NCBI GenBank assembly: GCA_964498805.1
Contig: CAZCJE010000005.1
Span: 25,176-89,175, forward strand
DNA from: an uncultured Thiothrix sp.
GTDB taxonomy: Bacteria > Pseudomonadota > Gammaproteobacteria > Thiotrichales > Thiotrichaceae
Length of the DNA: 64,000 nt
Direction: 5' to 3'
The notes under the pieces are model-generated. The model was given only the letters and a program-made list of their open reading frames with translations. It made no database searches and was not told the origin of the DNA. Below, one piece after another: positions 54,408 through 63,800 of this stretch; position 1 is the stretch's first letter, and every line of letters starts with the position of its first letter. A program made the position numbers and the translations under genes.

Positions 54408-55592
54408 TCAGTTTAGTGTGCGATAAAGATTCATCTTACGTTCCAGCATCGTTTTTAATTGATGCTCGGCACGAAGACGCTCGACAATTTCAGGCAGATA
54501 AATGTCCCGGGTATACCCCATACGTAAAATCCCAGCTGCCTTATTAACAAAACCCTGAATATCTCCCTGTTTAACGGTAAATTGTTCAAATTGAGAGCCA
54601 AACAATTCCTTTAAGCCTGCAACCTCATAGGCCATAACAGGGATTTTTAATAACATGGATTCAATGACGATATTAGAAAGCCCTTCATAACTAGACGTCA
54701 TAATCACAAGATCGGAGGCTTCCATCACATCATAAACATTGTTATAAAAGCCTGAGAAATGTACATAAGCTTCAAGCCCTAATTGCCTGACCATCGTTTT
54801 TAAACGTTGTTCATAATCAAGTTCTTTTTCAATAAGGGCTTTACCGACAAAAGACAAATGCACATCCAATCCTTGCGCACGCAATTGATGCAAGATTTCA
54901 ATAGCATGTTCATGTTGTTTACCCGGTACAATACGGGCTATATAAGTCATTAAATAGTGTGGTGATTGGCCGGAACACAATTCTTGACGTAATTTTTCCC
55001 GCTCACTATCGCTAATAGGCTTACGATTCAATAAATTATCCGGTTTACCGGTTCTGATAATCACACTATTATCTTCATGGCAAACACCGGCTTGGATATA
55101 TTCTTGTTTAAGTTCCTCACCAATAAAGACAAATTTATCGGTTACTCTACCGGTTAAACGCTCTAAATTACGATAAACCAGCCGAGGTGTAGCCGGTAAA
55201 TGTTGTGGAAACGTAGGCCCGTGAATAGTATGTAAAATATGGGGTGTTTTATTGATTTTACTTGCTGCTAATCGGCCTAATACACCTGCTTTTGCTTGAT
55301 GAGTATGTACAATATCTGGTTTTAATTGCTGCAAAACTTTTTTACAGGCTTGATAAGCTTTTAAATCATTTGCCGGTGATACATGTTTATGCAAACCAGG
55401 AATAATAATGGTTTCTACACCTTCAATCGGAGGTGCATCATTATCCGCGCCAATAATCAATGAAGTTTGAAAACCTTGGGCAACACACTCTTTTAATATA
55501 GCGGTGGTGCGGCGTGTAATACTAGCGCGCTGCTGAAAAGTGGTCAGAATGTGGCAAATGTGCTTCATTGATAAATTTCCAATATAGGCCAA
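54408..55592 (-). CDS. GT4 family glycosyltransferase
   Basis: PDIVHTHQAKAGVLGRLA, HTIHG, ARIVPGKQH, SSYEGLSNIVIESM (Ex7E). Confidence 0.9.
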   Translation of the reverse strand: MAYIGNLSMKHICHILTTFQQRASITRRTTAILKECVAQGFQTSLIIGADNDAPPIEGVETIIIPGLHKHVSPANDLKAYQACKKVLQQLKPDIVHTHQAKAGVLGRLAASKINKTPHILHTIHGPTFPQHLPATPRLVYRNLERLTGRVTDKFVFIGEELKQEYIQAGVCHEDNSVIIRTGKPDNLLNRKPISDSEREKLRQELCSGQSPHYLMTYIARIVPGKQHEHAIEILHQLRAQGLDVHLSFVGKALIEKELDYEQRLKTMVRQLGLEAYVHFSGFYNNVYDVMEASDLVIMTSSYEGLSNIVIESMLLKIPVMAYEVAGLKELFGSQFEQFTVKQGDIQGFVNKAAGILRMGYTRDIYLPEIVERLRAEHQLKTMLERKMNLYRTLN

Positions 55593-55724
55593 TTAATGGT
55601 ACTTTATGGAAACTTATGCACTTAGTCTGTGATTAACTTCACACTTAATTCAAGGTGAAGTTATTTAGGCAAATAGATTAAAAAACAATCAATGGTATTA
55701 AGCTAACGATTTAAGACCGTAAGC

Positions 55725-57389
55725 TTAATTGTTTTTAATAAACCCTAATTGGGTTAGTTTTTGTAAAATGTGTTGCGCACAATCATCCGGTGTTAAGGCC
55801 GTGGTATCGAGCACCATTTCCGGATTAACGGGAACTTCATAGGGGTCATCAATACCCGTGAAACCCTTTACCAACCCCGCGCGGGCTTTAGCATACAAGC
55901 CTTTACGGTCACGCCGTTCGCATTCACTTAACGGTGTAGCCACGTGAATTTCCACAAACCCACCCACTGCACTGATAGTTTCACGCACTTCGCGACGAAT
56001 AGCAGCATACGGTGCAATCGGTGCACAAATAGCAATACCGCCATTTTTGGTAATTTCACTGGCAACATAACCAATGCGGCGGATATTCAGATCACGATGT
56101 TCCTTGGAAAAAGACAACTCACTAGATAAGTTTTTGCGTACCACATCACCATCTAGCAAGGTAACAGGCCGTCCACCCATTTCTAATAACTTAATGCGTA
56201 AGGCATTAGCGACCGTGGATTTGCCCGCACCTGATAAACCGGTAAAAAATATGGTCAAGCCTTGTAAATGGCGTGGTGGGTAAGTTTTCTTCAGTTCGGC
56301 CATGACTTGCGGATAGGCAAACCACTCCGGTACCGGCAAATCTTCATGCAAATAACGCTGGAATTCGCCCGCAGATAAGGCTAAAGCCGCTTCAGAAGTG
56401 CTAATTTCATTTACTGGTCGATAGGCTTGCAGAGCAGGTACGTACTGCATAGCAGCGGGTGTGACAATGCTTATACCGATTTCCTCGGCATATTCGTTAA
56501 CCAGTAATGGTGCAGCAGCCGGGTGGTAGAAAGATTCAGCCCCTTCTTCAGTAACCGGACTGCCTAAACTTTCCTGTACAATGAAATGGGTACAGGCATA
56601 ATTTTTGCGGATGAGGGCATACCATAAGGCTTCGCGTGGCCCCGCCAAACGTACCGCCAGCGGTAATAGGCTGAGCATTACGCTACTTAGCGCATAGGTA
56701 GGCAAAATCTGCTCATAACAGCGCACACGGGTAAAGTGATCAATAGAGCGGCCTACACCACCTAACCCTACCACCGGCTGGATAAGTAATGGAGTTTGTA
56801 AACTTTCCGCCGCCTGCGCTGTTAGCGCTTGTTCGGCCCGATGCATCACTTCCCGCGTGTGGTATCCGAGTACTTGTTGCCAGCCTAATTGTTCAAAGCG
56901 CGCCTTTAACTCAGCAGGCGTGTGCCGGTATTGGCGATAATCATAATGCAGCGGCAACTCAACTTTTTCCAACTTACCGCCCAAATAAACCTTGCCGGTA
57001 CGGTGCAAGAGATAATCCACACCAGGATGATTAGGGTCAGTAGTACCAAATACCGCTTGCGCTTCGGCTTTTTTATCCGCTATCCAACAATCTTCAATGA
57101 GCATGAATGCTAACAACACGCCTTCACTATCACGTAAGGCAATGGTTTGGCCAATATTGAGGTTATCGGCAAACGTTTCGCTTACATCCAGCGTAATCGG
57201 CATAGGCCATAATTGACCATCGGCCAAGCGCATGGAATGTAAAACACGGTCATAATCGGTTTGTTTAAGAAACCCTTGCAAGGGTTTGAAAGCGCCAGTC
57301 AACAACATTTCCACGTCGCATACCTGACGATCGGTAAGATCCCAAGATGCCATTTGCTTGACTAGTGATGAAACAGCCTTGTTATACAT
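55725..57389 (-). CDS. cysC: Sat-CysC fusion: intact adenylyl-sulfate kinase with degenerate ATP-sulfurylase domain
   Basis: Kinase: FFTGLSGAGKST, LLDGDVVR, RDRKGLY, FTGIDDPYE. The sulfurylase scaffold is present (WPMPITL, DHFTRVRCY, AGPREA, RKNYACTHFIV) but the catalytic motifs are altered. Confidence 0.9.
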   Translation of the reverse strand: MYNKAVSSLVKQMASWDLTDRQVCDVEMLLTGAFKPLQGFLKQTDYDRVLHSMRLADGQLWPMPITLDVSETFADNLNIGQTIALRDSEGVLLAFMLIEDCWIADKKAEAQAVFGTTDPNHPGVDYLLHRTGKVYLGGKLEKVELPLHYDYRQYRHTPAELKARFEQLGWQQVLGYHTREVMHRAEQALTAQAAESLQTPLLIQPVVGLGGVGRSIDHFTRVRCYEQILPTYALSSVMLSLLPLAVRLAGPREALWYALIRKNYACTHFIVQESLGSPVTEEGAESFYHPAAAPLLVNEYAEEIGISIVTPAAMQYVPALQAYRPVNEISTSEAALALSAGEFQRYLHEDLPVPEWFAYPQVMAELKKTYPPRHLQGLTIFFTGLSGAGKSTVANALRIKLLEMGGRPVTLLDGDVVRKNLSSELSFSKEHRDLNIRRIGYVASEITKNGGIAICAPIAPYAAIRREVRETISAVGGFVEIHVATPLSECERRDRKGLYAKARAGLVKGFTGIDDPYEVPVNPEMVLDTTALTPDDCAQHILQKLTQLGFIKNN

Positions 57390-57496
57390 CGATTTTATTC
57401 CTTATTGTGAGCCCGCAATGCCAAGTCAGCCCCCTTACTGCAGGCAAACACCGGATACCTTGTAGCAGTATCCAGTGTGCCTCAAGACTGCCCTGT

Positions 57497-58894
57497 TTAA
57501 TCTTCGTTCAAGGCATGGTTAACCATGTTATTCACAGGTTTCATCAGGTAAGTCAGGAAGGTACGTTCACCGGTTTTGATAGCCACTTCTGCGGGCATAC
57601 CCTGCACCAGTTCCAGTTTGTGCTTGGCCAAGTCGGCGATTCCTTCTGGCTTGATTTTGATGCGTGCCTTATAGAATTGAGCACCGTTGTTGGGATTGGA
57701 GAAAGTATCAGCAGAAACTTGAATCACCTCCCCTGGTGTTACCTTCATGAAGGATGAGGAATTAAAGGCAGGGAAACGGATATCAGCCTCTAAACCCGCA
57801 TGAACCTTATCGATATCGCTAATATTGACTTGTGCCTCAACTTCAAAACCATCGATTTTCGGTACAATTTCCATAATTTTGCCACCCGGAGGAACAACGC
57901 CACCTTTGGTGTGATATTCCATACCGATCACGGTACCGTTTTCAGGAGCCACAATCGTGGTACGAGATAAACGGTCGGTGACCGCATTCAGACGATTTTT
58001 CAGATCAGCAATATTCAAACGGACCTGTGCAAGTCTGTCAGCCATTTCTTTCTTACGGTTATTGTTTTGCAATACCAATTGCTGCTCGGCTTCACCCATT
58101 TGCACTTTAAGACTGGATTTGGCGGTTTCCAACTCAGCAATATCACTATTGACCGACAGCACACCACGTTCCATTTGATTCAACTCTTGATTACCAATCA
58201 ATTTACGATTAAACAAATCCTGCAGGTTCTGGTGATCCTTAGCGTAAGCATTAGCCAGATTACGTTGACTTTGAATTTGTTTATCCGTGCCAGCCATTTG
58301 TTCTTTCAATTGTTGGATGCGCTGTTTTAACACGCCGGTTTCTGCACTCACCGCGGCCATTTCCACTTTAAACTGCTGACGTTCATCTGCCAGAATTTCA
58401 GCCGCACGCTCTTTAGCTTGCGTCGGATTAATGAGTTCTGCCGGGAAGTTAACGGTGGATTTGCCTTCTAATTGCGCATTCAAACGCGCTTCCAAACCCA
58501 AATAGCCTAACAATTGTTCATATACCATGCCCTTATCGGTTTGCGCTTCAGTCGGGTTAATGACCATCAGCTTTTGCCCTTTTTCGACATGATCACCATC
58601 ATCGACAAAAATGTCTTGAACCACGCCGCCTTCACGGTGCTGGATGATCTGCTTTTTCATCTGCACTTCAATACGACCGGTGGCCATAGCATGACTGCCT
58701 AACGGAGCAACCCCCGCCCACACCGCAAAAATACCAAAGACAACGACCAGTACAATTAAACCTAAGCGCTGGTAAGCAACATCCTCTGTTTGCAGGGGAA
58801 TGACATTATCCGATTTAGCCGGAGCCGGTAGACCAGCGGCAGCCGTGGCAGTAGCGGGAACTTTTGCCGTTTCAATTTTTGCCAGTTGTGCCAT
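57497..58894 (-). CDS. Type I secretion membrane fusion protein (HlyD/AprE/PrtE family)
   Basis: TM, IIQHREGGVV, coiled coil, IVAPENGTV, GGVVPPGGKIMEIVP, GMPAEVAIKTGERTFLTYL. Start 58894 has AGGAGGT. Confidence 0.95.
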   Translation of the reverse strand: MAQLAKIETAKVPATATAAAGLPAPAKSDNVIPLQTEDVAYQRLGLIVLVVVFGIFAVWAGVAPLGSHAMATGRIEVQMKKQIIQHREGGVVQDIFVDDGDHVEKGQKLMVINPTEAQTDKGMVYEQLLGYLGLEARLNAQLEGKSTVNFPAELINPTQAKERAAEILADERQQFKVEMAAVSAETGVLKQRIQQLKEQMAGTDKQIQSQRNLANAYAKDHQNLQDLFNRKLIGNQELNQMERGVLSVNSDIAELETAKSSLKVQMGEAEQQLVLQNNNRKKEMADRLAQVRLNIADLKNRLNAVTDRLSRTTIVAPENGTVIGMEYHTKGGVVPPGGKIMEIVPKIDGFEVEAQVNISDIDKVHAGLEADIRFPAFNSSSFMKVTPGEVIQVSADTFSNPNNGAQFYKARIKIKPEGIADLAKHKLELVQGMPAEVAIKTGERTFLTYLMKPVNNMVNHALNED

Positions 58895-58895
58895 C

Positions 58896-60620
58896 TTACT
58901 TACCTCCTGTACTGGCATCACGTGCGGGTAATTGACTGGTTTTGGCAGCTAACTGCGCCATCACTTGCTGACGATCACCAAATAAGGTGACGGCACCAGC
59001 AACCAGTACCAAAATTTTGTCAACTTGACTCAAAACACCAGGGCGGTGAGAAATAATGACTACCGTCGTGCCTTTTTCGCGCAAAATTTGTAAGGCTTTG
59101 AACAAGGCCAATTCACCAGCTTCATCCAGATTGGAATTAGGTTCATCCAGGACAATCAAGCTAGGGTTGTCATACATAGCGCGTGCCAAGCCAATGCGTT
59201 GACGCTGACCACCAGAAAGAACCCCGCCACTTGGGCCAATCACAGTGTCATAAGCATTAGGCAATTGCAGAATCAATTCATGCACACCAGCCATTTGCGC
59301 CGCCGCCAGGACTTTTTCGGCATCGACTTTATTGAAACGAGCAATATTTTCCGCCACGGTACCATCAAATAATTCAACATCTTGTGGCAAATAGCCAATG
59401 AAGCGCCCTAAAGCATCGCGATCCCAATGGCGGATATCCGCACCATCTAAGCGCACTTCACCAGCTGCTTGTGGCCACAAACCCAATAAAGCCCGTACTA
59501 AGGAAGATTTACCAGCACCACTTGGGCCGACTACTGCCAAAGATTCGCCTGCTTTCAGGCCAAAGGTAATATTGCGCAATACAGCCTCTTTGCCACCCGG
59601 TGGCACCACAGTCAGGTGATGTAAGCCCAAATGACCTTGTGGGGTAGGCAGTTCCATGCGTTGAATATCAGCAGGATACGCTTGCAACATAATATTGAGG
59701 CGTTCCCAAGATTGGCGAGCAGCAGCAAATTGTTTCCACGCACCGACCAATTGATCCAACGGTGACAAGGCACGCCCTAACAAGACAGAACCGGCAATCA
59801 TCATGCCGCCACTCAATTCCATATTAATAACCAAATAAGCCCCCAACCCCAGAATCAGCGATTGGTTGAGCATACGGAAACTTTTTGACAGGGTAGCCAA
59901 TGCACTCGAACGATCATTGCCCAAACCTTGCCACAACAAGGCTTCATTATGGGATTGCTGCCAACGTCTGAAGATACCGCGTTTCACGCCTAAAGCGGTG
60001 GCAACTTCGGCATTGCGCATACTGCGTTCGAGTAACAAACTGGCTTGGGCAGATTTGCCATGGGCTGTTTTTAATATACTGGAGGTAGATTTATCCACCC
60101 ACAAAGCCAACAGGAACGTCATAATGCCTGCGCCGACCCCAAACCAGCCGTACCAGGGATGGAACATGAACATGACAGCAAGGTAAAACGGGAACCACGG
60201 CGCATCAAAAAAGGCAAATACACCCGTACCCGAGATAAAGTTGCGAATGGTATTAAGATCATTCATCGGTTGCAGGGAAGCATTGCGCGGATTATGCAGC
60301 GCGTGGCGGAACATCATATCCACCAATCGCGATTGCATAGCAACATCCATACGGGTACTGATACGGGCTAGAATACGCGTTCGCGCAAACTCCAGTATTG
60401 CCATGACCGCAAACATGGTGACCGTAATCAGCGTTAACATTAATAAAGTGCTTTCACTACGCCCTGCGACTACGCGGTCATACACCTGCAACATGTAAAT
60501 CGTTGGGGTAAGGAATAACATATTGATAAAAAAGCTGAACAGGCCGACATAGAAGAATGACTTCTTAGACAGCATCAGCAGCTTTTTCAATTCAGATGGT
60601 GCGGCTTGATTTGGACCCAT
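58896..60620 (-). CDS. Type I secretion ABC permease/ATPase (PrtD/AprD/RsaD family)
   Basis: YMLQVYDRV, FFDAPW, GPSGAGKSSL, LSGGQRQRIGLAR, LDEPNSNLD; no C39 domain. Confidence 0.96.
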   Translation of the reverse strand: MGPNQAAPSELKKLLMLSKKSFFYVGLFSFFINMLFLTPTIYMLQVYDRVVAGRSESTLLMLTLITVTMFAVMAILEFARTRILARISTRMDVAMQSRLVDMMFRHALHNPRNASLQPMNDLNTIRNFISGTGVFAFFDAPWFPFYLAVMFMFHPWYGWFGVGAGIMTFLLALWVDKSTSSILKTAHGKSAQASLLLERSMRNAEVATALGVKRGIFRRWQQSHNEALLWQGLGNDRSSALATLSKSFRMLNQSLILGLGAYLVINMELSGGMMIAGSVLLGRALSPLDQLVGAWKQFAAARQSWERLNIMLQAYPADIQRMELPTPQGHLGLHHLTVVPPGGKEAVLRNITFGLKAGESLAVVGPSGAGKSSLVRALLGLWPQAAGEVRLDGADIRHWDRDALGRFIGYLPQDVELFDGTVAENIARFNKVDAEKVLAAAQMAGVHELILQLPNAYDTVIGPSGGVLSGGQRQRIGLARAMYDNPSLIVLDEPNSNLDEAGELALFKALQILREKGTTVVIISHRPGVLSQVDKILVLVAGAVTLFGDRQQVMAQLAAKTSQLPARDASTGGK

Positions 60621-60656
60621 GTGGCGTGAACCCTGGCTAGTGAAAAATAATTATGC

Positions 60657-60684
60657 AATGGTTGAGAACAGCCCCTCAACCATT
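60657..60684 (-). terminator. Stem-loop between the surface-protein gene and the T1SS genes
   Basis: Perfect 10-bp inverted repeat AATGGTTGAG-N8-CTCAACCATT; no immediate T-run, so the role is uncertain. Confidence 0.45.
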
Positions 60685-60801
60685 CGCTGTAACTTATCAC
60701 GTCCATAAATAGGCTTATGTGACAACGGTCACGCCAAATGTTTATTTAATAAACGCTTTTATATAAAAATTTTATTGATTAAAAATCATTCAATTTATAA
60801 T

Positions 60802-63800
60802 TCAACGTAAATCAATATCCCAGCGCGTCACAATGATTTCATGTGCCCCATCCGAATCACCCGATAAATTGACCACTCCAGAGTCCTCTTGCATCCGTAA
60901 GAGTAGGTCATAATCCGCATTGAAATTATTGGCTTCGATTCCGGCATTATTCACGTAGGCATCAATCGCCAAATAAGTGCTGCCACCGTAATAAAATTGT
61001 ACCGCCATAGAGGTGTAATCGGCTTTACCATCCCCCGCCATACCGGCATCCACCAATAACGCGGTAATATCGTACTGCTTGTAGGCTCGATCAAGTGCAA
61101 GATTGGCAGCATCCCACAAGCTCATCGCTTCCGGGTCTGGGTCATTAAAACGACTAAACAGGACATCGTAGGACTGACCACTGGTACGGGTCACGCCAGT
61201 TTGAGTGGCAATATCCAATACCTCTAACGGTGCACCAGCATACAGATCGGCGGATAATCCATCCGCATACCAATCCAGATAAATCACATCATGGGTAGTA
61301 TCAGCGGCTACCGCGCCAACTTCATTCAAAGCTCGCTGGTAAGAATAAAAATCAGCGATAGTATCCACCGTATCTTCGCTTATACCCGAGTCCCCAGCCG
61401 TAAAAAAAAATTTATCCTGGCCATCACTACTTCCCGGCATGCCTAAAGTGCCACCGCGCATCACATCTACACCGCGACCGGCAAAAAATAAATCATTACC
61501 GGCATCACCTTGCAAGGTATCATTACCTGCACCACCGGCTAGCCAATCATTACCGCCACCACCTGATAAAATATCGTCACCCTCGCCACCGGATAACAGA
61601 TCTTGTCCTTCACCGCCGCTCAAGGAATCATGCATACCGCCGCCGAATAGCACATCATCGCCTTGACCTGAGGTAATAATATCGTCGCCATCACCGCCAT
61701 AAGCCACCGCACCTTTGCCGGTGAAATCGGTTGGTAATGTACTGAGAGTCGGTAATTGTTTGAGAACTACCTCGCCTTGATTATTGTCACCCAGATCAAT
61801 CCGATCATTGCCTTCACCACCAACTACACATTCATTAGCACTACTTGTACCCATGAATTGGTCATTACCCTTGCCTAGATTAATGGCAAACCCAACTTGG
61901 CCGCCCTGAATCGCATCATCCCCTGCTGAACCTTGCAGAATATCCCCCGCGACTATTTGCAACGTGTCATTGGTCAAATCCTGTCCACGATAAATATCAT
62001 CGTAACGATCCAAAATCTCGACCGTCACCTGACCTAATTGCGCAGATTTAATCTGGCTAAAGTTATAATTACCGGATTCAGCCAATAACAACAGATTGCC
62101 TTGGGACATACCCAAATCGGTAAAGTTGCCGTCCCAAGCCGTCGACAAATCCAAGGTAAAGGTACCGATATTATCAATCCCACCTATGGAAGACATAGCG
62201 ACACCACGCAAATCCAACCCCATCTCAGCGGTTTCTTTGCTCGCATCCAATAAGGTTTTGGTAGCAGATAACTCATTACCGAATAAAAACTCTACACCGT
62301 GATGTAAATTGTTGTTATCCAACTTGAGTACACGCACATTTTCCACATCCAAGCGTTCTATATCGCTAATGGTTAGGCTGGTCAGATCATCATCGCCCAT
62401 TAGATCATGCACAATACTCAGATAATCGCTGCTACTCTCTGAACCCTTGATGCTACGGGTAAACGTCAGCTGGTTTTCCACTTGGCCTAAAATTAAGGAA
62501 TCAGCCTGGTTATAGACAAAGTTGCGGAAGTTGTAATCGCCATCATTTAATTTACTTAGATTCAGGCTACCGCCTTCAATTTCCAAGGTCGACTGACCAA
62601 ATCCACCCGCGGCAAAAACAGTTTGGATCGTTGCTGCATTAGACAAGGTATCGACCAACTTTTGATTGACCTGTAAGGTGGTTTCCACCGCTGTTAATTG
62701 CTGTAGTCGATCAAAACCGGTTAAACCAAAGGCACTGAGATTAAAAGTATCGCCAGCATTAGCCGCTAACTCGAGAGTAGTGGAACGACCTTTAGCCCCT
62801 AATAAATACTCAACACTTTGCAAAGTTTGGGCATTAACTCGGATTTTGCCGCCTTCAACTCGATTTTCCAGCCCTTCAATACTTTCGAGTACCACATTAC
62901 TCACATCCAGCAAACTACCATTGCCCGCATAAACAATCAGATCATCAGCCGGACGCCCTTTGGTATCATAGGATTCAGTGCCACGAATAATCTGGAAGGT
63001 ATCCAAAGCCAAACCGGTATCACCGACCTTGATAGTGGTAGCGGCGGTTTTGTCTTCGGCGCTATAGCCCACCTGCAAAACTTCTATATCCGATATCGTA
63101 TCGTTAGTGACATTCATCAGGTTAAGCGTGGTACTGCTAGTAATTTCTAAGGTATCCATGCCCTGCCCACCATTAATACCTAGCGCATTTTGCACATCCT
63201 GCATGTTTTCAAACAAAATGCGATCATCGCCAAGGCTGCCATCAACACTATCTTTGCGCCCGCCACCGGCTACCAAAATATTGTTTTCCGCATTGCCTAC
63301 CAGTACATCGGCCTGAGCGGTACCGCGTAGATGTTCAACATTGTACAAATACATGCCCGCACTAACCGACACAAACCCGGTGGAAAGATCAGCCTTAATG
63401 CCGGTCGTTAACTTACTGAAATCAACAGTATCTTCACCATAGCCACCATCAATCGTCGCTGTGAGAAGTTTTTTGACCACGAATACATCATCGCCACTTG
63501 TGCCGGTTACATCAAAACGCTGTTTGGCATCGTTTAAAGTAATGTAGTTGCCCGGATTGACATTGGCTGGAATCTTGCCATCAATCCAGTCTTTACACAG
63601 TTGCACGGATTCACTGCTTAAACCACAGCGATCCAACACCTGCCAAGCATTGGGTGAACCATCGCCGTGAGCCACATAATACAAACCGATCTCGGCTTTG
63701 TTATTCAGTAATAAAGCATCATCGCCTTGGGCACCGTTTAACATCGCCACCGCCAGTTCTGCAGACGTGAAATGCGCCAATTCCGTTACCCAGTAGGCTA

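Noticed and set aside
57443-57481. Imperfect hairpin between the MFP gene and the sat-cysC fusion
   Set aside because: Bulged stem with no T-run; not enough to call a terminator or regulatory element.
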